Positions 47,786 through 56,464 of a DNA stretch of 64,000 bases are shown here, in pieces. The DNA comes from Spirochaetia bacterium (GTDB taxonomy: Bacteria; Spirochaetota; Spirochaetia; SZUA-6; Bin103): contig CBDATQ010000001.1 of assembly GCA_965199955.1 (NCBI GenBank), forward strand, positions 704,001 to 768,000, in the 5' to 3' direction. Within the stretch, counting starts at the first letter, position 1. The number at the start of each line of letters is the position of its first letter. Under the pieces are notes generated by a model. That model had not been told where the DNA came from, searched no databases, and saw only the letters and a list, made by a program, of their open reading frames with translations. The position numbers and the translations under genes were made by a program.

Positions 47786-48777
47786 GGAGCATCGCCGTAT
47801 TCAACAACAAGGGAGGAGTTGGCAAGACATCGCTCGTCTATCACCTCGCATGGATGTACGCCAACCTGGACTACAACGTCGTGGTGGCCGATCTCGACCC
47901 GCAGGCCAACCTCACCAGCATGTTTCTGGAAGACGAGGAGTTGGAGCATCTCTGGGATGATGATGGCACGGGTGGAACGATCTATTCGTCACTGCGACCT
48001 CTCCTCGAGGGAACGGGAGACGTAACGAGGCCGCTTGTCGCAAAGCCGTCATCGGATATCGCACTGGTTCCAGGCGACATGCTGTTGTCGGGCGCCGAGG
48101 ACGAGCTGGGAAGCAACTGGCCGGGCTGCCTCGACGAGAAGCCGCGTGCGTTCCGTGTGCTGTCAGCTATCTGGCGTGTAATGCGAATGGTGGCAGAGGA
48201 ACATCATGCAGACTTGGTTCTGCTGGATGTCGGGCCAAACATAGGTGCTCTCAACCGAGCCGCATTGGTCTCCGCGGACTATGTGGTAGTGCCATTGGCG
48301 CCGGATCTGTATTCTCTTCAAGGACTTCGTAATCTCGGTCCGACGCTCGATCGGTGGCGACAGGGGTGGTTGGAGCGACGGGAACGGAACCCTCCGAGCG
48401 ATCTCGATCTGCCCGGGGGCGGCATGCAACCGATCGGCTACGTGGTGCTTCAGCACGCGGTTCGCTTGAATCGTCCTGTCAAGGCATATGAACGGTGGAT
48501 GGACCGCATTCCGGGGGCGTACCGCGACTCGGTCGTTGGACGTACCGAGCAGCCGTCACCTGCCATGGACGAGGACCCGCATTGCCTCGCGACCCTGAAA
48601 CACTTCCGTAGCCTCATGCCTCTTGCACAGGAGGCCCGCAAGCCGATGTTTGCCCTGAAGCCCGCTGACGGCGCCATCGGCGGCCACGTGAGTGCCGTGA
48701 GAGGCTGCTACCATGACTTTCAGGCGCTCGCACGCGAGGTGGCGCGTCGATGTGCGATCACGGCGTCGGAGGCGTGA
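47782..48777 (+). CDS. ParA/Soj-like ATPase (AAA_31), no parB adjacent
   Basis: FNNKGGVGKT deviant Walker A, DLDPQANLT, LLDVGPN; ATGA overlap with the AlbA gene. Confidence 0.88.
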   Translation: MRSIAVFNNKGGVGKTSLVYHLAWMYANLDYNVVVADLDPQANLTSMFLEDEELEHLWDDDGTGGTIYSSLRPLLEGTGDVTRPLVAKPSSDIALVPGDMLLSGAEDELGSNWPGCLDEKPRAFRVLSAIWRVMRMVAEEHHADLVLLDVGPNIGALNRAALVSADYVVVPLAPDLYSLQGLRNLGPTLDRWRQGWLERRERNPPSDLDLPGGGMQPIGYVVLQHAVRLNRPVKAYERWMDRIPGAYRDSVVGRTEQPSPAMDEDPHCLATLKHFRSLMPLAQEARKPMFALKPADGAIGGHVSAVRGCYHDFQALAREVARRCAITASEA

Positions 48778-48883
48778 ATGAGCTGACCGTTCAGGTCGCA
48801 GATGGTGGCCAAGCGGTTGTACGTTCTCCGCAGAAGCCTAGGGAGGGCGGTCCAAGGGAACGTCACGCGGTGATAATATCGAG

Positions 48884-49216
48884 CTATATTGAGTCGAAAA
48901 CGCCTGCAAACAGGCCGTCCTGATTGCATGCCACGGGTACTGTCCGACTGATCGCGCCCTTGTTGATCGGGCCGTAGACGTGCGGAAATTTCTCCCTGCC
49001 GCCCTGCTCGTAGCGGGTCTCCGGGTGCAGCCTGGTCGGCATGATCTCCAACAGGAGCAGATCGCTCTGGCCGCGAAGGTTGTAGTCGGCGACTCGCTCG
49101 AGCTGCTGAAGCTCCGAGCGGTGGATGAACCCATCCTTCCGGTATCGGCCGCGCACGTACGCGGGCAGGTCGGCCTGCGCGTCCCACTCGCTCTGTACGG
49201 CGATGTGGTAGATCAT
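48884..49216 (-). CDS. DUF952 family protein
   Basis: MIYHI....W, GFIH, FPHVYGPIN. Confidence 0.85.
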   Translation of the reverse strand: MIYHIAVQSEWDAQADLPAYVRGRYRKDGFIHRSELQQLERVADYNLRGQSDLLLLEIMPTRLHPETRYEQGGREKFPHVYGPINKGAISRTVPVACNQDGLFAGVFDSI

Positions 49217-49224
49217 CTCAAGCC

Positions 49225-49914
49225 CTAAACGTTGAACTTCACGTCGATTACGTCGCCGGCGGCGATACGGTAGCCGCGGTCCACCACGCGCAGCAGGCCC
49301 ATGGTCTTCGCCTCCTGGGGGGTGCGAAAGCGGTCGAGCTCGCCGACGTTGAACACCTCGGCCCGGATGAAGCCGCGTTCCAGGTCGCTGTGGATCTGCC
49401 CGGCCGCTTTGTCGATCGCCGCGCCGCCGCTCACGTCCCACACGCGTGCCTCGGTCCTGCCGGCCGTATAGAAGAACAGACGGCCGAGCGCCCGGTGCAG
49501 GGCACGGACGTGGCGGTGCAGCTCCTCTTCCGGTGGCGGACCGTCGATCACCACGCCGGGCCTGAGGGTCGAGAGGTTGAGCCCGCGCAGGTACTGGATC
49601 TCGTCGGCGGCGAACGGCTCCCCGTTCAGCGGCCGCTCCTCTTCCAGGACGGCCAGGGCCCGGCTCAGCAGGCCGTCACGAGCCGGATCGGCGTGCAGGT
49701 TGCGCTCGAGGATCTCGGTGTCTTCGAGCATCCAGTCCAGCAGCTCGTCGGCGGTGATCATGAAGCAGTCGGCGCGATGGCGCCGTTCCTGCTCGAAGCT
49801 GGCGGAGAAATAGACGCGCATGGCCGACCGGTAGCGCTCGGCCAGCGCGTCAACGAGAGCGTCGCGGAGCTGGAACCGTCCTCGCAGATCGGCTCCCTGT
49901 ACATGGATCTTCAT
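49225..49914 (-). CDS. YchF-C/TGS (DUF933) domain protein with no P-loop (229 aa)
   Basis: FFYTAG..EARVW, AAGQIHSDLERGFIRAE, GDVIDVKFNV; no GxxxxGKS or DxxG. Confidence 0.8.
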   Translation of the reverse strand: MKIHVQGADLRGRFQLRDALVDALAERYRSAMRVYFSASFEQERRHRADCFMITADELLDWMLEDTEILERNLHADPARDGLLSRALAVLEEERPLNGEPFAADEIQYLRGLNLSTLRPGVVIDGPPPEEELHRHVRALHRALGRLFFYTAGRTEARVWDVSGGAAIDKAAGQIHSDLERGFIRAEVFNVGELDRFRTPQEAKTMGLLRVVDRGYRIAAGDVIDVKFNV

Positions 49915-50050
49915 CGTCTTCGGATTCTCTGTCCCTGGTTTGCGGCGGAGACCCGGTGGTGAACCGCCGTGCGGGGGTGCCACCAGGATGTTGTCGGTCT
50001 CGCCGGAGCGGAGTATACCCGCGGCGACCGAATCCGGCATCTTCATCCGC

Positions 50051-51151
50051 ATGAGCCGTTCCCTCGCCCACGAAGTGACGTTGCCCGACGGAAGCACGCT
50101 GGCCATCGAGATCGCCGAGCCGCCGTTCGATCGCTCCCGCGACCGCTCCGGCGGCTGGGACCGGCTCCGCTCGTGGCCGCTGATCCGCGAGGACATGATG
50201 GAGGGCCGGCTCAACCGGTGGATGCACGCGCCGTACTTCATCGGCCGCGTCGACGGCGAGGTCGCGGGCACCATGTGTTACTACGCGCTGGCGGACACCC
50301 GCGACGTCGGCGCGCTGGAGTTCGTCGCGACCGAGGAGCGCTTCCGGCGCCGCGGCGTCGGCTCGGCGCTGGTGGGAGCCCTCGTCGACCACTTCACCGC
50401 GCAAGGAGGACGGGCGCTCTACCTGTGCACGGCCAACCCCGTGGCCGGCCACCTGTACGAGAGCCACGGGTTCCGCTACCACGTCGGTGACGGCATGCGC
50501 TTCCTGGCTCCCGGCGCCGCCGACTTCGACGGCCGCTGGTTCGCCGCCGGCGACACGACCATCCGCGACGCGCACTGGGGCGACCTGGCGCGGCTGTGCG
50601 TCCTGTACAACCACCCCGATCCGGCCTGGCTGCTCAAGGATCCGCTGTCGGAGTCGTTCCGTGACACGCGCTACGAGAGTCACTTCATCCGGGTGATGCG
50701 CGCGATCGAGGGCGGGAACGGTGCGTTCCTGGTCCTGGAGGCAAGCGACTCCCGCGTTGTGGGAGCGGTCGCGTTCCGGAGGACCGACACCTTCCGCGAG
50801 CAGCACGTGGCTGAGCTGAGCTTTCGCCTCGGCCGCGCGCACTTCGACCGTGCGGCCGACCTGCTTGATGCTGCCGCCGAGCGCGCCGCTGCGCTCGGCA
50901 TCGGCCAGTTGGCCCTGAGGGTCGCCGCCGAGGACGACGAGCAGCGCGGCTTGGCCGAATCGGCCGGCTTCGTCGAGGGCGTCCGGTGGCCACGGCGGCT
51001 GCGTTTGGGCGGCGCGTTCAGCGACCTGCTGATCATGATTCGCGAGGTGGCGACGCCGGCGGCCCCGAGCAAGCCGCGGGATTCGTTCTACGGCGAGCGG
51101 AAGCCCTGGCAGGCGGAGCGCGTCGCGTCTCTGAGGTCCGGACCGGGCTGA
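50051..51151 (+). CDS. Tandem GNAT acetyltransferase
   Basis: FRRRGVGSAL (motif A), LYESHGF; a second, degenerate GNAT domain (AESAGF). Confidence 0.8.
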   Translation: MSRSLAHEVTLPDGSTLAIEIAEPPFDRSRDRSGGWDRLRSWPLIREDMMEGRLNRWMHAPYFIGRVDGEVAGTMCYYALADTRDVGALEFVATEERFRRRGVGSALVGALVDHFTAQGGRALYLCTANPVAGHLYESHGFRYHVGDGMRFLAPGAADFDGRWFAAGDTTIRDAHWGDLARLCVLYNHPDPAWLLKDPLSESFRDTRYESHFIRVMRAIEGGNGAFLVLEASDSRVVGAVAFRRTDTFREQHVAELSFRLGRAHFDRAADLLDAAAERAAALGIGQLALRVAAEDDEQRGLAESAGFVEGVRWPRRLRLGGAFSDLLIMIREVATPAAPSKPRDSFYGERKPWQAERVASLRSGPG

Positions 51152-51241
51152 ACCGCCCAGCGGATCCGGCCGCGCCATGCGCGAGACTTCGCGGAGTTGG
51201 ACAAGCAAGCTGCATCGAGGCACTCTGAAAGCCGAGTGGAC

Positions 51242-51676
51242 ATGCCCGAGGAGGAGATTCGCTGGCACTACCGGTTCCGCAATTTCTCCCGGGCGTTTGG
51301 CCGGTTGCAGCACGCGTTGCAGGAAGGATCGGAGGCCCTGAACGAGCTTGAGCAGGAAGGCGTCATCCAGCGCTTCGAGTACACGTTCGAGCTGGCATGG
51401 AATACGCTCAAGGACTACCTGGAGTACGACGGCGTGGTGCTGACGCAGGCAACTCCGCGCGCCGTCCTCCGCAAGGCATACCAGGCCAAGCTGATCTCCG
51501 ACGGCGAACGTTGGATCGACATGCTGACCGATCGCAACCGCATGTCACACATGTACGACAGCGATACGTTCGAAGGGATCATCAAGGAGATCGAGGAGCG
51601 GTATGTCGAGCGCTTTCACGAGCTGCATACCCGGCTGAGTCGAGAGATTGCTGAACAGGAGGTGGGTGAGTCGTGA
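51242..51676 (+). CDS. HEPN / nucleotidyltransferase substrate-binding protein (HI0074 family), predicted toxin
   Basis: GVIQRFEYTFELAW, RNRMSHMY (RX4HXY). Confidence 0.88.
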   Translation: MPEEEIRWHYRFRNFSRAFGRLQHALQEGSEALNELEQEGVIQRFEYTFELAWNTLKDYLEYDGVVLTQATPRAVLRKAYQAKLISDGERWIDMLTDRNRMSHMYDSDTFEGIIKEIEERYVERFHELHTRLSREIAEQEVGES

Positions 51677-52011
51677 GCAAAGTCGAACTCCCTGCCGCAA
51701 CGCTGCGCGATCTCGTCACCGTGTTCAGACGTTACTCTGACCTGAAGCAAGTGATCCTGTTCGGCTCGCGGGCCACCGGAAGAGCGACCGACCGGTCCGA
51801 TATCGATCTGGCTACGCGCGGGATCATGGACCGCCACCGGCTTGGCCGGCTCGCCCTCGACCTTGACGAAATCTCCATCCCCCAGGAGTGCGAGGTCCAC
51901 GCGTACGAGCAGATCGATTACGAACCGCTGAAGGCCCATATCGACCGATGGGGGGTCCCGATCTACGAAGCGGGTGCTGGAGCGAGGCTGCGATCCGCCG
52001 GCCGGTCCTGA
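51673..52011 (+). CDS. Minimal nucleotidyltransferase (MNT), predicted antitoxin
   Basis: FGSRATGRATDRSDID (GSX10DXD); GTGA overlap with the HEPN gene. Confidence 0.88.
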   Translation: MSKVELPAATLRDLVTVFRRYSDLKQVILFGSRATGRATDRSDIDLATRGIMDRHRLGRLALDLDEISIPQECEVHAYEQIDYEPLKAHIDRWGVPIYEAGAGARLRSAGRS

Positions 52012-52066
52012 TTACAAGGCTCGGCAGCGCCTGAAGTCGGTTCTGCCTGCCGTGTCGGCCACAGCG

Positions 52067-53197
52067 TCAGTTGTAGCGGCGGGCGGCGATGAACTCCCAG
52101 TCGAGGGTCACGCCCAGGCCCGGCACGGACGGAACGGCCACCGTCCCGTCGGCGTCGATGGGGATGCGTTCCCGGGTGGTCCGCCAGCGCAGGGGCGAGG
52201 AGCTGGTCGAGTATTCCAGCACCTCGGCGTCGCGGTGGTTGGCAAGGAAGTGCAGGTTGGCGGCGATCTCGATGTTGGTCTTGTAGCCGTGGGTGATCAC
52301 CCGCTTGCCGCGCTCGGCCGCGGCGTCGGCGATGCGCCGGATGTGGGTGAAGCCGCCGACCTGGGTGATGTCGGGCTGGCAGATGTCGGCTCTGCCGCGG
52401 TCCATGGCCTCGATGAACTCGTCCACGTGCGTGAGGCCCAGGTCGCCCACGCCGAGCGGCACGCCGCGGCCGGCCATGCGCGCGTGCCCGGCCACGTCGT
52501 CCAGCGGCAGCGGCGCCTCCAGGAACCAGATGCCGACCTGCTGCAGCACCGGCAGCAGACGCAGGCCTTCCTCCGCGGTGCGGTAGGCCATCTGGGCGTC
52601 GACGATCAGCTTGGCCGCCGCACCGGCCTCGGCCCGGCCCGCCTGCAGAAGCCGCGCGGTCGCGTCCAGGTCGTCCATCCACCACGGATCGGCCGAGAAC
52701 TTGAAGTTGCGCAGGCCCATGGCGCGGGCCGCGGCGACCTGCGCGCGCACTTCGTCTTCCTCCCGGGCCATGGGGTAGATGGTCCCGTACGCCTCGACGC
52801 GCTCGCGCCGGCGTCCGCCGAGCAGCTCCGAGATCGGCTGGCCGGCCGCCTGTCCGGCGATGTCCCACAGAGCCAGGTCGATGCCGCCGATGGCGTGCAT
52901 CATCAGGCCGCGGCGTCCGACGTAGTCGGTGGCGTCGTACATGAGCTGCCAGAGCCGCTCCGGGTCGGTGGGATCCCCGCCGATCAGCAGCTCGCGGAGC
53001 CCGCGGGCGTGGTTGTGCGCCGCCCGCGAGCGCACGATGGCCTGGATCGCCGCCGGCAGCGACTCGGTCTCGCCGATGCCCGTAAGCCCCTCGTCCGTAC
53101 GCACGACGATCACGCAGTCGTCGTAGGAGCCGTCGAACAGGCCGATGTTGGGGTCCTCGACGCGGATGTGCATCGCCTCGATGTCGGTGATCTTCAT
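52067..53197 (-). CDS. Mandelate racemase / muconate lactonizing enzyme family
   Basis: GIDLALWDI, IVDA, FLEAP, QPDIT; GAGGAG RBS. Confidence 0.9.
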   Translation of the reverse strand: MKITDIEAMHIRVEDPNIGLFDGSYDDCVIVVRTDEGLTGIGETESLPAAIQAIVRSRAAHNHARGLRELLIGGDPTDPERLWQLMYDATDYVGRRGLMMHAIGGIDLALWDIAGQAAGQPISELLGGRRRERVEAYGTIYPMAREEDEVRAQVAAARAMGLRNFKFSADPWWMDDLDATARLLQAGRAEAGAAAKLIVDAQMAYRTAEEGLRLLPVLQQVGIWFLEAPLPLDDVAGHARMAGRGVPLGVGDLGLTHVDEFIEAMDRGRADICQPDITQVGGFTHIRRIADAAAERGKRVITHGYKTNIEIAANLHFLANHRDAEVLEYSTSSSPLRWRTTRERIPIDADGTVAVPSVPGLGVTLDWEFIAARRYN

Positions 53198-53229
53198 GTG
53201 CGGTTCGCTCCTCGCGGGTTCATGGGGGT

Positions 53230-53943
53230 GAGATCAATGTCGCCTGCAGCCCCGGCGCACTGCCGCAGAGCGTTCGGCCGTTCCAGGCCATGCCGGTGGA
53301 GGCGAGGGCGGCACAGCCGATCGGTTCACCGCCCTGCAGCCGCACCACGGCAGCTCGGCCGCCGACCTCCAGCACGGACTCGTCGCAGCTCACGGTACCG
53401 ATCCGTGGGGGCGTTGCCGAACAGTATCAGGTCGCGCCGCTCGCCGCGGGTGACGCTTACTGCCTGCAGGTCGTTCCGGTTCCCGATCGCGTCCAGTCGC
53501 GGCTGCATCTGATCGCGGCCCGCCGCGGCCAGCACGGTGAGCCTGCGGAACCGTGCCGTCGGTGCGTTCGTCGCCCAGTGGTACTCGCTGCCATCCGAGA
53601 GCCCCAGGAAGTGCGGGCGATGCTCCCACACCGGACTGTCCCACGTGGAGCGCACGTGCTGGATGTAGCGCATGACCTTGCGGGCGGGCGCAGGGAAAGT
53701 CTCGTCCAGGCTCGCTCCGGTGCAGGCGGCGATGATCGGCTGCGCCTCCACCAGCTCCAGAAGCGTGCCGACGCCGTAGCCCGGCCCCTCGCCGCACACC
53801 CCTTCCTCGTTCCATGGGCGGCGCGCGAACTCCGCCAGAAAGCCCTGCGTCCACGCGAACAACCGCTCGCAGACCCGATCGCGGCGGCGCTTGGCCAGGA
53901 TCTCGCGCTGCCGGCTGACATCCAGGTCGAAGCGGCGGCGCAC
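53230..53943 (-). pseudogene. Degraded fragment of a larger protein, possibly heparinase II/III-like
   Basis: EEGVCGEGPGYG and LSDG motifs, host-like codons, abrupt internal junction and a frameshift near 53410. Confidence 0.4.
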
Positions 53944-53989
53944 GGTCAGACTCCCGGTTGCTGCTGCATCGGATAGCCGAACTTGTCTT

Positions 53990-54272
53990 GACGAGGTTGG
54001 CTGAGCGGATCGCCGAGGTGCGCGGTTCGCGCATCGAATGCTACGGCTCGCTGGACCTGTTGCTGCGCTCGCAACGGCGCCAGGGGTTCGAGCGTGGCCG
54101 CGCAGAAGGACGCGCGGAGATGGTCAGGCAAATACTGCTGTCACGGGGTATCGAGGTTTCGAAGAGATTCCCCGCTGCCGCGGCGGCGTTCTCCGCGGCG
54201 TCCGAGGGCGTGCTGATTTCGGCCGCGCTCGCATGCACTGACGAAGCGGACTTCCTTGCCGCGCTTTCGTGA
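53990..54272 (+). pseudogene. Uma2-like endonuclease remnant, internally deleted
   Basis: RLAERIAEVRGSRIECYGSLDLLLR joins directly to SQRRQGFERGRAEGRAE...AALACTDEADFLA. These match recalled N- and C-terminal parts of this family; the nuclease core is missing. Confidence 0.55.
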
Positions 54273-54361
54273 TCGCGCGACGTAGTCGCGCAGCCCAGCG
54301 CAGGTGTCGGTGTCGAGGCAGGTCACGAAGTCTCGATCGAGGAGGTCAGAGCCTGGCTCGC

Positions 54362-56464
54362 CTATTCTTGACGGAGCGATGCTTGGTCGCGGAGCGCTGT
54401 CGACAGGTGGGCTTCGACTTCCGCTTCGTCGCACTCCGGCATCAGGACGTAACCGGGGCCGAGCTCGCCGAGTATCTCGTCAGCTTCCGCAGCCGGCAGC
54501 GGACGGCGCTGCGCGTCGAGAGGATTGGCCAGCAGCAGGTGGCCGACCGCCAGGGAGCGCGCCACGAGCGGCAGGTCCAGGTGGCGGAGCGCGTTGGGCA
54601 GGAATGCGGCTGCCGGCCAGCGGTACTCGGGCACGGCTGCCAAGTCCAGGAAGCGGGTGGGGAAGTCGACCGCGGCCACCAGAGTGACCGTGGCGGCGTC
54701 CGGTTCCGCAGCGGCCGGGTCGTCCAGCAGCGCCGCCGCCAGCAGCGCCGCGGCGCCGCCCAGCCCGCGGCCCACCAGCGCGAGCGGCGCGTCGACGCGC
54801 TCCTCTGCCACGGCGCGCGCCAACTCCACCAGCGCCCTGGTCTGGACGGCCAGCAGGCCGTCGCCGATCGCGCACGCCAAGTAGGACAGGATCCGGTCCA
54901 TGCTGCCCCAGCCGGCCGCCGCGAACGGCGCCAGCGCCGGCCGCGATTCGCCCCAGCCCGGCAGGTCCGCCACGACCAGCTCGGGCAGCACGGCGCCCGG
55001 TGTCCGCTCGAACATGTCCGCCAGGCGCGCCGCCAAGCCGTTGCGCTCCAGCGCCGTGTGGCGGCCGCGATCGTCCACGAACACGACCAGGGCGCCGGCC
55101 CGCGCCGACGGGCGGGGCCGCAGCACGCTGGCCGGCATCGACAGACCGTCCGCGGTGACCGCCAGCGCCTCCCGGTAGTCTTGCGACCAGAGCTGGAAGG
55201 GCTCGCCCTCCGACCAGCGGGCGGGACCGCCCGGGGCTCCGGTGACCGCGCGTACCGCCTCGGCCAGCGCCGCCGCGTCCAGGCGCTCGGGCAGACGTGC
55301 CGCCTGCCGGTGGGCCAGGGCGGCGTTGAGCGTGTACATGTTCTCGACCGGCGCGGGATGGCAGCGCAGGTTCCCGTACGGCAGCATCGGGAAGTCCGCC
55401 GGATCGAGCGCGGGCACCGGCCGCTCCGGCTCGCCGAGCAGCCAGCGGTTCATCCATGCGGTGAAGCGGCGGACCTGCGCCAGGGTGTAGTCGTGGCCGG
55501 CATCGTCCTCGAAGAAGGCGAAGCGGTCGCGACGGTCCGCAGCCTCGAAGGCGCCGGCGCACAGCTCCGCCAGGCTGCGGCTCCACTCGATGTGGAAGAC
55601 CTCGTCGTGCCGGCCGGCCATCAGCAGGGTCGGAGTCGGCATGCCGGCCAGCAGCACGTCCACCTCGTCAACGCCCGCGCCTATGCGGTTCCACCACAGG
55701 CCCTCCGGACAGGGCGCGTACAGGTCGCCGACCGGGTGATCGGCCATGCGGTTCAGGCAGCAACTCGGGCCCTGGCAGGCGATGCGGTCGTCGAACAGGG
55801 TCGCGAACAGCGTGGTGTGGCCGCCGCCGCTCACGCCGCTCATGCCCACGCCGCGGCTCAAGTCCACGTCGCTGCGGGTGGCCAGGTAGTCGATGCAGCG
55901 CAGCGCGTCCAGGACGAAGTAGCGGTTCGACGAGTGGCTGGTCAGGTAGGTGCGCACGCCGTCTACGAAGTGGTCGTTGCCGGGCTTCTTCTCGGATTCC
56001 TGTCCGGGCGGATCGAACAGCACGGCCAGGAAGCCGAGGCTGGCGAACGCCTGCGCGGGTATCTGGTACTCAGCGTGTTGCTTGCCCGAGTGCCCGACCG
56101 GCAGGACCACCGCGGGAAACGGCCCCGGCCCGTGCGGGACGAAGACCGAGGCGTTCACCTCCCATCCGGGGAACGACTCGAACAGGACGTTCTCGATCCC
56201 GCAGTGGCGGGTCTCGTGCCGGCTGACCGGCTGCGCTTCCACCACCGCCCCTGACTCCCCGAACGGCATGGGGCCGAACGCCGTGCGGACGTGGGCGCGA
56301 ACCTCCTCGCCCAGCTCCCGCCAGCGTCTGGCGGTCAGGAGCCGCTCACGTTCGCGGTCGCGGCGATTCAGCCGGTCGACGGCGCGCGAGGCCAAGTGCC
56401 GGGTGAGCTCCGTACGCAGGTCGCCGCCGGCCGGCAGCGGAGCCGGCACGCCAGGCGCGATCAC
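54362..56464 (-). CDS. Two-domain alpha/beta hydrolase (acetylxylan esterase-like)
   Basis: GPFPAV...GH, IDYL, GVSGGG nucleophile elbow; degenerate second domain (GRGLGG). Confidence 0.8.
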   Translation of the reverse strand: MIAPGVPAPLPAGGDLRTELTRHLASRAVDRLNRRDRERERLLTARRWRELGEEVRAHVRTAFGPMPFGESGAVVEAQPVSRHETRHCGIENVLFESFPGWEVNASVFVPHGPGPFPAVVLPVGHSGKQHAEYQIPAQAFASLGFLAVLFDPPGQESEKKPGNDHFVDGVRTYLTSHSSNRYFVLDALRCIDYLATRSDVDLSRGVGMSGVSGGGHTTLFATLFDDRIACQGPSCCLNRMADHPVGDLYAPCPEGLWWNRIGAGVDEVDVLLAGMPTPTLLMAGRHDEVFHIEWSRSLAELCAGAFEAADRRDRFAFFEDDAGHDYTLAQVRRFTAWMNRWLLGEPERPVPALDPADFPMLPYGNLRCHPAPVENMYTLNAALAHRQAARLPERLDAAALAEAVRAVTGAPGGPARWSEGEPFQLWSQDYREALAVTADGLSMPASVLRPRPSARAGALVVFVDDRGRHTALERNGLAARLADMFERTPGAVLPELVVADLPGWGESRPALAPFAAAGWGSMDRILSYLACAIGDGLLAVQTRALVELARAVAEERVDAPLALVGRGLGGAAALLAAALLDDPAAAEPDAATVTLVAAVDFPTRFLDLAAVPEYRWPAAAFLPNALRHLDLPLVARSLAVGHLLLANPLDAQRRPLPAAEADEILGELGPGYVLMPECDEAEVEAHLSTALRDQASLRQE

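Noticed and set aside
49931..50005. HDV-like ribozyme, c-di-GMP-I or guanidine-II reading of the YchF-like leader
   Set aside because: Only partial resemblance: no GG for P1.1 or U-starting L3, no GNRA hairpin, and only one ACG-loop hairpin.
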